Assembly (NCBI GenBank): GCA_025201805.1
Contig: MU619264.1
Coordinates: 1-64,000, forward strand
Direction of reading: 5' to 3'
Length of the DNA stretch: 64,000 nucleotides
DNA from: Parasitella parasitica NRRL 2501
Lineage: Eukaryota; Fungi; Mucoromycota
Below, piece by piece: positions 27,386-40,476 of the stretch. The translations under genes were made by a program, and so were the position numbers. Position 1 is the stretch's first letter, and every line of letters begins with the position of its first letter. The notes under the pieces were generated by a model that was given only the letters and a program-made list of their open reading frames with translations, had not been told where the DNA came from and searched no databases.

Positions 27386-27818
27386 TTAACCAGCCTTGTA
27401 GCTACTCACACAGAAAATTAGAATCAGCAACAGCTCATTACGTACAGATACTGTCAAATATCACTTACAATTGCCAGGCAGCACCTAATCAGTCAAACAA
27501 ATCACAGTTAAAACGTCATTCTGAGGCAAACAAAGTAGTACAAGTTTATAAACTTACCAAGGAAAGGAGCACCGAAGCCAAGACCCAAGTACAAAGTCAT
27601 CTTGATAGCAAGACCAGCTCTGTTCTTGGTGTTGAAAGGGACGTTCTGTAATGTAAACGAATAGAAAAAAATCCGAGTTAGCTCATTATCTAGCCTGTTT
27701 TCCCATGTAATTCCATCTTTACCTGACCGTTGGCGTTGGAAAAGTGATAGAGGTCAGAGCGAACTACTTGGCGAGTAGAAGCGCGCATGGCAGAACGAGC
27801 AAGGACGTTGGAGATCAT
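27386..27818 (-). CDS. COX8: cytochrome c oxidase subunit VIIc (yeast Cox8), 4 exons; absent from ORF track
   Basis: MISNVLARSAMRASTRQVVRSDLYHFSNANGQ|NVPFNTKNRAGLAIKMTLYLGLGFGAPFLG|AAWQF|YKAG*; presequence, NxPF and GFxAPF motifs. Confidence 0.88.
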
Positions 27819-30800
27819 TGAAAGTTGATAAATAAATAAAGAGAGAGAGTGGGGTTAAAGAGAGAGAGAGAAAAACAACGAAAAATTATGTGTTGGCGGA
27901 CGCAAAAAATCCCTCCTCATCAGAGCAGGGTACTTTTTGAACATCAAAATGGCCCCACATAGCTTTGCTTCTGACATCATCAGAAGGAAGTGTACAAACA
28001 AGCATCTCCTTTAGATTACTTATCACTATAAAAAAATAAAAAACCAAATTGTTCAATGCTCCAAAAATGTGAGAGAAGCATCAGGCTATACTTCATTTTA
28101 CAGTCGCTAGGATTTTAATTATTGATATTGCCTGTAAGGCTTGGATCCAGCCCATTCTATTATTATTTCTGCTTGTGTCTATCTCTACCAAGAAGACCCG
28201 CACATTGATGCATCCCATTATCCTTTTATAAAATCTCGGAGACCATGATCATATTCACCTCCATTTAATCATGCATAAATGTCGACTTGGATGTGTAAAC
28301 TGATCAAGTGAGTCTAATTAACGTTTGCCCTGTACAAATCCTAAAGCAATCATGAATATCATTCAGTTTTTTGAAAGCTTCTGAACCCATGAACATGGCA
28401 ACAGCCTTCTGAAAGCTAAAATTTTTGATGATTCCATGTTACCATTGCTACCATATAATAAAATGGTTATAGGTTATATAAGATCTGTTTTAGAATAGCT
28501 TAACTTGCAATTTTCCTTAATAACAAGCGTTATAATAGGCATATTCATAATTTATGACGATATTCCTTGTGTTTAACCTTAATGATGTCTGATATAAGTG
28601 AATTTTTTGGGGAAATTGACATGCCTCATGAAGGAGCAATTTGTTTTTAGACTGTGCTTATCTAAAAAGCTTATCGTTTAAATATGTATTCGTTTACATA
28701 AAAATTATCCTACTGTAAGTCATTAGAGATGATGTTGGGAGCAATACACTAGATGAAGGCAGGCATGAAAGTCAGTCTTCAGTCTTAACTTTGAAATTCA
28801 CTCTCGGGGACCGCAATATGCAGGCAACCAACTGATAGTGTATCGCAACCAAGACATACTATAAAGAGAAGAGGGACCATCCTTTTATACCGTTTTGTGA
28901 TGTAGGTAACCAAAATCTCTATTGTGTACTATCAATTTCATCTTTTTTTCTATTCTTTATTTATTTTACATCTAGCTATTTCTGCAGTACTAATTTGAAC
29001 CTTAAGTTCCTCTCTTTGCATGCATTACTTTTGAGTATTTTTGCCGCGTCAAATTTTTAGTGGAACAACTTTTTGATCAATCGAAAAGTAGGTGATTGAT
29101 GCAGGTAAGCATCAAATGAACTTATGTTTTGGAGCCAGATGGAACTTTTTTCCATAAAGATGATGTTGAAAATTATTTTCGTAGATCGATATTTTTACTG
29201 AACAAGACACAAGACCAGAAAAGTCATCAAGACAAACAGCCTTTTCTATCGAACACACCCTGAACCAGGCACTAATGCCTCAGTAATAGAATGTTTGTTA
29301 ACGCATTGTATATTTAATCTAGTGTCAATCATTCTGATTAATTCGTTTCAAATATAACTGCGAGTGTCTATAGTCGTGATAGTGTACATGAAAAACCTTT
29401 TGATAGATTATCTAAAAGAAGCAAAGGAACGTAAATAAGACTTACAACTAAACATTCAGTAGAAACACCAAGAATGGTCTAAAATAATTATGTCAATTCA
29501 GTGCATTTACGCATAGACAGGTGAATGGAAATGTAAAAAGTGATGTCGATCATAAAATGGCCATTCTGAGAAAAATGTAATAGTTTAGAGTTTAAGCTTT
29601 TTATAAATTAAATCGCTTTTTACTCTTAGCAAAACATTACAGCCTGCATGAACTTTATTAGTTGAGCATAAATAAAGCATTACTTGCTCAATTTCAGAAT
29701 GATATTATTTGTTATTATGAATTATTTGACGGGGTTAAAGTATAGCTAGTGCAAGTGTCCTGATTCAAGGGTAGCAGACGAATTATTTACTACAGAAAAC
29801 TTTGTACTATTTATGTCGTAACATATGGCCTAGGCAACCTTAAATCAATAGATATTCTAAATATAACTTTCACAGAAATTTTATGAAATTAAATGGTATA
29901 CAGTTAGTAAACTCTTTTATCCGCCAAAAGACGTCGAACTAGGAGATCGTTCAACGGCTTTTTAAAGTGCTGTGATGTCTACTGTGCATTATGTAGGTAC
30001 CACTTTCTTTTTAGTAACAGAATATATTTGTGCACTCATGATATCAGTTTCCAACCATTATAACCATAAATTTGCTTCCAAGGACCTTTTACCGCTTGAT
30101 TTTGTTTTCAGTTTTATTGAGATTACACAGATATTGTATACATTTGTCAATGTGCTGTTTGCTGAAATAATACGTTACCGAGATGATCTATGATGGATGT
30201 ATTGCACTACTATTCAAGTGAAAGCCAACTGTCGCGCCTAAAACAAGAAACCCCATTGTTATTAATAGTTTATAATGTGTAACTATTGTAAAACTCAAAT
30301 CAAAAAGTTAATTTTCTGTATGTAAACCACGAGAAAGCAATACAAGCGTCAGGTTTAATTAGGGCTATACACACAGAGTAGTTATTGTGCAACTATTGAG
30401 GACAGGTCAAGAAATAAGACCATTTATATCTTGAATGCTCGAGGTAATCTCACCAACCTGTATTGCTTATTCGAGAGCATGGTCAATAACGATCTGTGTG
30501 TTTTAAATTTCGTGCTCCAAATGTAACATTGAATGTTGAATTTTGTAATCAGAAGGATGGCGGCCTTGAATGAGATGTTCCAAATTGTAGATATTATATA
30601 TTTATAGCAGTATGCATGTCTCAGGTTGGCTATAGTATAAGAAATTGGGCGCGGAAAAAGATTTACACCTCGAATTAAGTGTGCTTCCACTCTTTTGGAG
30701 TGGCAAAAGATATACACTGATCATTCATGAGAGTAATGATCTAGTGCTATATTCTTTACCCCTTGAATTTGTATTCATCATTTTAGTGCACACATATATA

Positions 30801-31138
30801 TGAAAAACAAGGTGATTTCCCAACAAAAATAATGTGTATACATCACCACTTCCTCGTTTTATCGATCCTTAAATTGGACAGATTGTCAGTTTAAAGTAAG
30901 ACTCTTTTATGGAAGTATTATAAAAAAAAATTATATGTTGTACAAACTAAATTACAAATGATCAAAATGGAGAATTCAACCAATTCCCGCATTTGATGTC
31001 AAAAAGCGTATATAAAAGAGCAAGCTTTTCCCTTTCTACTTGGCATTGTTTCTTGTTTGCTCCTTGTTTCCATTGTTTTACATTCATTTTCTAACAACAG
31101 TAGAAACCCTCGCTCGTTCCTTCACAAAATATCTATAA

Positions 31139-32557
31139 ATGTACATTAAAACCTCTGCTATAGCAGTAGCTCTCCTTCAAGTTTCCAGCTTTGTGCAAGC
31201 TGCCACTTCCACCGCATCCGCCACGAAAACTGCTGCGTCAACACTTTCAAAGCCCCAAGATTACTGGAAAAGCTTCAAATCTCTCGTTGATCCTTTGAAC
31301 ATCACTATTGCTGCCATTCCCCAAACTACATCGAATGACCCATCTGTTGAATGCACTTACTACGAGCCTCCCTCCAACTTCAAATATGATACCAAGGAAT
31401 GGCCCAATCTCTGGGAAACTGCCACCTCCAATGGCATGGCAAATACCTCTGAATTCCAAGCCCTGTACAATGCCATTGATTGGTCCAAGGCACCCAATAT
31501 CGCTGTTCGCAAATTGAACACTGATGGTTCTATCAACATGGATGGTTACGATCAAAACACGGATCCCGATTGTTGGTGGTCAGCTTCTACTTGCACCAAG
31601 CCCAAATTTGAAAGCGTCAACGAAGACATCTACACTTGTCCTGAGCCCGAGACTTGGGGTCTTACCTATGATGATGGCCCCAACTGTTCTCACAATGCCT
31701 TCTACGATTATCTTGAGGCTGAAAAAATCAAGGCCTCCATGTTCTACATTGGCTCCAACGTTGTCAACTGGCCTTATGGTGCTCAGCGCGGTCAAAAGGC
31801 CGGCCACCACATTGCTGACCATACCTGGTCTCATCAATTGATGACTACCCTTACCAACACTGAAGTCTTGGCTGAACTCTACTATACTCAAAAGGCCATC
31901 AAGATGGTCACTGGTGTTACCCCTATACACTGGCGTCCTGTAAGTATTTTAATGAATTATCAGACGGTAATGAAACTAACCCTTATAATGTAGGCTTTCG
32001 GTGATGTCGATGATCGTGTTCGTTGGATCGCCACTCAACTTGGTTTGACTACAGTCCTTTGGGATCTTGACACTGACGATTGGGCTGCGGGTACCTCTGA
32101 GACTTTGGACACTGTTCAAAAGACCTACGAAGATTTCATTGCTATGGGCGCTAACGGTACATTTAAGAACAGTGGCCAGATCGTCTTGACTCACGAAATT
32201 GATAACACCACCATGACCCTTGCTATGGAGTTCTTGCCCAAGATCAGAGCTGCCTACAAGAACGTTATCGATGTTGCTACCTGCATGAACATCTCCAATC
32301 CTTACCACGAATCCAGTGTTACTATTACTCCTTTCAATGCCACTGGTGCTTCTAGCTCTTCTACTGCTGCTACTCCTGTTGCCGTCTCATCGGCTGCCGC
32401 GGCTCCTGTTGCTTCTGATACTGTCACCAAGGATGGATCCAAAGCTGCGGTATCTGCTGCTGCTGTTGTCAACAGCGTTAGTACTTCTGCTGGTATCCAA
32501 GTGGGTCCTAATGGTCTGCTCATGGCTGCCTTTGCTGTGGCTGCCTACTTTTTTTAA
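31139..32557 (+). CDS. CDA: chitin deacetylase (CE4/NodB), secreted, likely GPI-anchored
   Basis: Signal peptide; TYDDGP, HTWSH, WRP|AFGDVDDRVR, LWDLDTDDW, IVLTHE; S/T/A-rich stalk and hydrophobic C-terminus; one intron ~31939-31992. Confidence 0.95.
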
Positions 32558-33525
32558 GCTTATAAAGCTTATTCTTTCCACGCTAACCCGTTTTCTATTG
32601 TAATAAAAGAAACTCCAATTGTTTACTATTTACTACATTCTCCCCCCCTTCTTGTATTTTCACTTTCATAGAATTTTAAATCAGCAACTTTAAGCTGTTA
32701 ATAAACTATCAGACACTATCATCCATATCTTATATATAAATGTGCTACATGAGTCTGAAATCTATTTGCCCAAAGAGAAAATGGCATCGTGTCATGTGCA
32801 TTTCAGAATAGAATTCATTGAAATTAACGGTGTCTCGTACATTTATGCAAGCGCAGATAAAAAGAAGAGAGGATATTGTATGTTGAGTCGAGATTCTGTA
32901 CTTGAGCACTGCAAGAAACAACCGTGTAAGGCAGAAACCTCGTAATGAACATGGACCACAGACATAATAGAACGCGATAAACATTCAGCCGAAACAGGAA
33001 AACTTTAAACCTGACATAAGAAAGTTTAGATTAATAAAAGCAAATGCCCTGGATCATATTGGCCTCTTGCCATGGTAGGAACGCTTGCAAAAGATCTACA
33101 ATGTATAGTAAATAGTTCATCTACATGTGCTCAGCGGGGATATCAAATTTGATATATGGCAAACCAAGCTGAAGCCGCACTATATTATATACAATATACA
33201 GTAATTATGATTCTTGACTAAAACTGGCCACTTTGATCATCTTACGATACAACGGCCGTGTCGGCATTCCATTTTAACCAAAAAAGTAAGTGTTATCACT
33301 GAGTTTTTTTTTTCTCTAAACGTTTTCTAGCCAACTGAATCGTGCGCGTGTTGGAGATGTGATTAGCAGTGGTTCGCTTTAAATGAAATGCAATACAAAG
33401 ACTTGTATAATATGCTTACAGTCACAAAGATATCTTGCTTTTTTTTCTTTTCACATCTTTTTCTCTCTCTCTCTCGTATTATCGTCGTTCGGCTCTTTCC
33501 TCAGCATCATTATTAATCTACGCAT

Positions 33526-36500
33526 ATGAAGGTAAAAATAGGCCGGAAGGAATAACTTTTGAAGAGTCTTGTAACATTTCGTTCATAGTTTGGGAAACAA
33601 ATTCAAAGCCAACAGTTCACAGAATGGAGTCCCTATTATCTAGACTACAAAGGCTTGAAGAAGTTCATCAGTTCTTTATTGAATACACCTGCAGATAGTT
33701 TAAAAGCACTGGGGCTACCACCTATTCGCATCGAAGAGGATCGTGCAAAGCTACTGCAATCTCAAAAGGCCGCCTTCTTTTTCAAACTCGAGCGTGAACT
33801 CGAAAAGGTAAGCTCAGACCGCATTTCCTGATTTCATGCAATGTCTAATGGCACCCATCGTCAGATCAATTCTTTCTACCTGCAAAAAGAAAACGAGCTC
33901 AAGGTGAGGTTGCGGACATTGATCGACAAGAAGAAGGTGCTCCAGTCTGACGCCCGTCGACTCAAGCATGCATCTACACTCTTCAAGGCGATTCAAGAGG
34001 CATTCGTACAGTTTGAGCAGGAATTGACGAAAATTCAGGTAAGGACATAAGGGCACTCAAGCTATTTTATAGACGGTCTCTGATGCTCACCATCTTGAAC
34101 CAGAAATATGTCGAATTGAACAACGAAGGATTCAGAAAGATTTTGAAAAAGTGGGACAAACGGTCTAAATCCTCTACCAAAGAGCTCTATCTCTCACGTC
34201 AAATTGACATTCAACCTTGTTTCAACACTCAGGTCTTGTGCGAGCTGTCTGACATGGCCTCGGCGAATCGCATCGAACTCTCCAACATCCAAGAAGGCAT
34301 ACCAATCAGTCCTGTATCCAGCAGCAATCACAACGTAGACAACTTTGCAAACAGTGGCGATGAGATTGACGATGTTGAATTGGATCTTGTAAAGGCCGTC
34401 TCCAGCGGTCAAGGCTCGCTTGTAAGGGAGATTTTAGCTCGTATTATGCAAACTCCATCACCGGAAGATCGTGGAAGACTCACGCGTGTCTTTTGGCATG
34501 CGTGCTCTGAGGCACCCAAAGAAATTACAGACATGTTGATTGAGACGCAGCTTGTCAATTTCGAGTATGTGGATGATATCATTGAGCGATCATGTCTCCA
34601 TGTAGCTGCCATGAACGGCAAGTTGGATTTGCTCAAGACATGCACAAAACATGGGGCTAACGTGGAGAGCACGGATGCGTATGGACGAACCGCACTTCAT
34701 TACGCCACGATGAATGGCTTTGCCGACTGTGTCTCCTTCTTGCTGACACGCCAGACAGATATTGAATGTCGTGATCATGATGGCTTTAGCCCTTTGATCT
34801 ATGCTATTATGAATGGGCATACGCCATGTGTGGATATTTTGATCCAAGCAAACGCCAACATTGAACCTCGCCATGAAGGTGATCACATTCCACTCTCTTT
34901 GGCGTGTCATTTTGGCCATACGGATATTGCCCTCATGCTGTATAACCAAGGAGCCAAAAATCTACCAAACGCCGAGTCCCTGTATCCGCTTCACCTTGCT
35001 GCTCGCCAAGGACACGCCGAGCTGTGTCGTGTGCTCTCTCAGAATAAACAAGATCTTGATAAAGCCGACAAGTACAATACATGGACCCCTCTCTTCTGGG
35101 CTGCGAATGATGGGCATGTCGATTGTGTGCGCATTTTGATTAATGCTGGTTGCAAGGTGAATGCCAAGGATGAAAATGGTAAAACTGCCCTCTACTATGC
35201 TGCATGGGAGGGGCATATGGACTGTGTACAATTACTGCTGGATGCCGGCTGTGAGGTTGAGCCTGTTACTGATACCATGAATGCATCTGCTCCTCAGAGT
35301 CCACCTAGCATTAAAGCAAATGAAGATGAAGAGGAGGAGGATGATATGGGACTAGACGTAATACCCTCCTTGTCATTACCGCCACCCATTATACCTTTCC
35401 GTATATATGGCCATAATTATCTCGATCGCAAGTATCAGATTCAAATTAGCCTTCGTCAGCCGCCTATTCGCCTTTACGATAATGCTCAGATATCCTCTCT
35501 ACGTCTTATCATCTCTTCCAAGCCAGATACAGGCATGATTCCACACAGCGTCATTTTGCCTTTGGTCGATGATCGAGATGTATTCAATTTCCAAGTGGAT
35601 AAACTGGATGATTTCTTGCTGGAATTTGACATCTTGGCTACATTCGGCTCCAAAGTACTAGGACGTGGTGTGGCGCTACCGCAATCTTTCTCTTTGGTAG
35701 ATTTCAAGATTGCAGAAGGCCACCGTACCATCCCTCTATTAGACGGTCACCTCAAGGTTATCGGCGAACTTTCATATGACTATTCTGTCATTAACCCTTT
35801 CCGTGGTGTTCAGTTGGAAATTGGGGGTCGTATAGAAACTTATTGGAAATCCACAAAAACAGTTTTACCTGTGCCTACGACTAGTGGTGCTGATATCAAT
35901 ACTACTGAATCAACTGACACTGTCACTACCGCTGCTTCCCTTGCCACCACTGCTGCCCTCCCTACTACGGCTCTTACTAATACCTCGTCCACAACTACCA
36001 CTAATTCTACTACATTGCCTGCAAACAACACCAACACAACAACTGCAACAAATTCTCTTTCGTCCACTGTGCCTTCCTTTATCACGGCGTCATCTTTATC
36101 AGGCGACTATGTGCAAGTTGTCATTCAACTCACAAAAGACCTTGTACCTGTTGTGTTCTCAAATTGGATGGTGCCTTATCAAGGATTGGATTTGGCGGTA
36201 TCAGACCTAACACTGAGCCAATTTATACGCATAGGCGAAAGCATATTAAAAGACAACCAACCTCATTCACCAAACAATACCGATGACATTTGTCCCATTA
36301 CAGGAAACAGCTTTAGCATTCAAAAATTGAACGATTACAAATCATTCCTTTCTCTAGAGCAAGTGTTGGAAGTAAGTATCTGTCTACGTTTCTCTTTTTG
36401 GAGAAGACGATTTTTGATGCTTTTTTGAATTTTTTTTAGAAACTGCCCTTAAGCATGGGACTTCATCTCGAGCTGAAATACCCTTTACCCAGCGACCAAA

Positions 36501-37110
36501 GCCTCTACTCATTTACAAATATTGCTGGACGAAACACATTTGTAGATACTATTCTTCAGTGTATTTATGATCATGTTCGATCTCTTTCTCCAGACACCGC
36601 TAGTCGAAGTTTATTCTTTTCATCATATAACCCAGCTATTTGTATGGTGGTTAATTGGAAGCAACCTAATTGTAAGTTTACAAAAATAACGTTTATTGTC
36701 ATCCAGACTCACCATTGCATTGCATAGATGCCGTATTTTTTGGTACATATTGCGGGCTCAATATGCATCGAGGAGCTAAGCGTCATTTCAGTGATGATGG
36801 TCGACTGCAAGATCAAAACGAACCATCGGTTGTATATAAAAATACGGATGTGCGATGTTCTTCATTAAAGGAGGCTGTCAAATTCGCCAAGCAAAACAAC
36901 TTGTTGGGCGTGATTTGTGGTGCACAGACTATTGTGCAAGTGCCTTCACTCATCAAGACTGCAAAGGAAAGTGGATTGATCTTGGTTACTGCTGGAAAGG
37001 TCAATTCCGACATTAGATACCGTCATATTCAGGAACGCTATGGCGTGGATGCCATGATGATAAACCAAGTTGTTCATTTCAATATGTCTATGGCTGGTGC
37101 TGGATTCTAA
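33526..37110 (+). CDS. PHO81: SPX-ankyrin-GDPD-like phosphate regulator Pho81/NUC-2
   Basis: MK|FGKQIQ...YLDYKGLKK (SPX), FFFKLERELEK, GFRKILKKWDKRSKSSTKELYL, ankyrin repeats, IPSLSLPPPIIPFRIYGHNYLD, degenerate GDPD C-terminus. Confidence 0.92.
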
Positions 37111-38161
37111 ACAAAACACAAAAAACTATATGCCCTGATTTCTCTCTATTCAAATCTATATTAAACTGATTAGTATTTGCTAAGTCTCTGTGTATACACC
37201 AGTATTTCTCCACTTGTTCAAATATATAAGTTATGGACACATAAATACAATTGCAAGATGCCATTGACGCCGCAAATGAAAAGCCAACAGCTACCTTCGC
37301 GCACATTATGATTGAGCAATTACATAGATGGCAAGGGTGTTTACAAATAGTATATATTACGTTCACGAAAAGCCTGGCATGGCAAGAGCTCAACCAAAAT
37401 ATGCCAGTAGCCCAACCTAAAAGTGTGCACATAGAAAAAAAAAGCTCAATAACGTTGATTTAATCAGCTCTACTCGGTTTCTAGTACAAGCTGATGAGCC
37501 TCAAGTGTCTTAAGGTAGTAAATAAAAATATGTTCATCACCTCGCCTGACCTATTCCTGTAAATGGTCAGTACTGTTATCGGCAATTGAGTTAAGGAATT
37601 TGAGGGATACTCTTTGAGGTCAGGGGGGAGTTATCTTGGATGTAAGACTTTAATCCACCCTAATTTGTTGGCGCTTATGAACAACCGGCACTCTTGCAGA
37701 GCTCCCACAATTGAGTACGATTTGACTATCGGTTGGGTGAAGGCATGGAGAGAGCATTCAAGAACTCTTTTTTGGGATTAGCTGTACTTTCACCATTACG
37801 TTGATTAATCCTGTCAGTATCGAATAATTTTTTTTTTTTTTCGAGAAGCCAAGAAAGTACATATTTATAAAATAAAAATGAAAAGTTATAATAATCCATA
37901 ATTATCAGCATGATTTTACTTGTGGTTGAGGTTTATTCTTTTCCTCGTCCAAAGCAGACCATATTCAAGGGTACTTCATTCGTGATGCTTATAGAGAGTG
38001 GCTACTACTTTGTTTCAGCAGAATGTTAATTTTTTCAAATGTTCAAAAGTTTTTTTTTTACAAAAAAACAATGCTAATTAAACGGGTCAATGGGTGTTTC
38101 CAGATTCGCATTTCGTTAGAGTTAGCAATCTTGTCAGAGCATTATACTCGGAAGTGGTTCC

Positions 38162-38164
<3 letters not shown>

Positions 38165-38220
<56 letters not shown>
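38165..38220. repeat. (CT)28 microsatellite
   Basis: Direct reading. Confidence 0.95.
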
Positions 38221-38224
<4 letters not shown>

Positions 38225-39051
38225 ATACGAGTCGCTGTCGACCAGCAAACCGAGGAACTTTTCCTGCTAAAAAATCGCATCAGCCATTCAACCACTCAGT
38301 CATCTCAACTCCCATTGTTATCAAAGCAACTTTATGTGCTTCAGGCGGCAGAATGCCGTCTGCTAACGTTGCTACTTGCTACCCAATCCATACATGCCTG
38401 TTTTAGAAGAAACCATAAAAGCCGCTGAACATGAAGTTTTGAAACTTACAGCATCGCAAAGCGACATGATTGCGCTAGACACTTGCTAAGGAAGAGGACA
38501 GATGCGGATCAAGAAAACTATCCTGAAACCTCTTTGGCTAATGGCAATTAACGTGGCCGAGTGTCCTTTGCTTTCTGATCGACCTTTTTTTAATGAAACG
38601 ATCAAGATTCATTTTCCTCACTAGAGTAAATGTGACAATGCCGCTCAAAAAGGTGCCATAAGCGGTCGGAAGACATCCATTAGGAGAACCAAATATACAT
38701 CCACACATAGTGATACAGAAGTCATGCCCCAGCATGGGAGAATTGGTACAGAGACGGGTCAGAAGTATGCTTATTTATGGGCTGTACGGTATAGATCTCA
38801 TGCGAACTGCTGTACTTTGTATAGCTTTATGTGTATGTTCAAGGATTAGAATTAGCATTGTTTCACCCTTCTTACGGTGATTGATGTGGAATGTGAAAAA
38901 GGTTCTTTTTCTGATATCTCTAAACGGCCTGCTACGATACAACCGTACATGATTGCTTGTCAAATGCTTTAAAAAGTATTTATTGTGCGAAATACCCTCA
39001 ATATCTGATTGTTTTGCAAGCATTCCATGCTTTGCCTCAACAAACGTCTTG

Positions 39052-39802
39052 CAAAATCAATTTTTGCGCACAAGGACTTGTTTTTCTCAATAGGCAAATA
39101 TATCATCGTCAGAAAAGTGCTATAGAACGCTTAGGTGGGCGAATATCACACTTTTTATTCATCAATGTACCTGTTTTTCACAATTTCAATAGAATTTATG
39201 CTCTTTCTGACTAGTTAAAGTGCTCAGAACCACGCCGCAAGATTCCTCACAGTTCACAATAACTTTCTGATGCATTTCCACCAGGAAAATAGGTGATGAA
39301 AAAGTCATCAATTTTCAGAGATTTTTCATGGGTATATACAAGGAAAAATTGGTATAAAATACGCTTTCTTCAAATTTGACCTCAAAAACGCAGTTTTTCA
39401 TTATGATATATATCAATAGAAAACATTTCATTTCACTTCAATTTTGATACACAATTACTATTTTAGTTACTACATATTCAAAACATGGACTTTTTGTCAA
39501 AAAACACGTTTTCATTTAGTCACAAATTACTCACGATTTTTGGTGGCAACTTTGTTTGAAACTTATATCATTAGATGCACAAATTAATACCTCACAAACA
39601 CACTTATAATTATAACGTCTATTGTATTAGCACTTTTTGGAGGTATTGAAGAAAAAGTGCTAAATGGATCCTTCGTTGATTAAAACTGGTAAAAAACCAA
39701 AGATTGTCGGAGATCGAACGATCCGTCATGGTAAACCACCTCTTTTCAATTGAGGAGGAGCAAAGCATGACTTTAATAGGTAACATGGGTATGCCTCAAT
39801 AT
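39052..39802. repeat. non-coding interspersed repeat, copy A (uninterrupted); inverted relative to copy B
   Basis: High-identity reverse complement of 52953-53489 joined to 50316-50430. Confidence 0.93.
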
Positions 39803-40476
39803 CTCAAAAACTAATTTTTCAGGCAGATCAACTGAAGAGCAGCCTTAATGCTTCGGGAAGGGAGGGAAGAAGGAGCAAAAGCAAAGCTTTATTCGGGTTT
39901 TCTCTGTATACTATCTAGTAATTTTGAATACAAATCCTTAAGGCAATGCACCACAAAAAATCAACACGGCCTCTCAAGTTCTTTGATTAAAAGAGACTTT
40001 TCTCCAGTTTTGCTGAGGACAAGATGCGAAATCTGATTGTCAGTAGTTGATAAAGCCTCAATTATATCCTCATATCGAAGAAATGGGTAAATAAGTATAT
40101 ATTAAACATGTTTACGCATGGATTATAGTCTTCGCATGGTGCAAAACGATCAGTGTACGCTTTTTTTTTTCACCAACTATGCACTGTACCACAGCCGATA
40201 AACTTTCGATTCTCTCTAAAAAAGGATCATTCAAACGCTACGCATCGTTGCACAGATACGCTCAATTATGTATATTTTCTGTACAGGGTGGGCAAAACCA
40301 ACAAAGGGCCACGAACAAAGGATATGATAGGGTGGAGTTTCGCTTCCTGTTTCGGATATGAAAATGATAATCTATCATGTTTGCTTTAACTTTTTTGATG
40401 AGGACTACAAAAAGAAAAAAAAAAAAGATTTCGTCAATTAGATTCAATTTCTTTTTCTTTACTTTTCTTAAAAAAC

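Noticed and set aside
31247-32603. Many antisense and alternate-frame ORFs over CDA (likewise over PHO81, PMA, CTR9, RPN2)
   Set aside because: Shadow ORFs produced by codon bias of the real genes.
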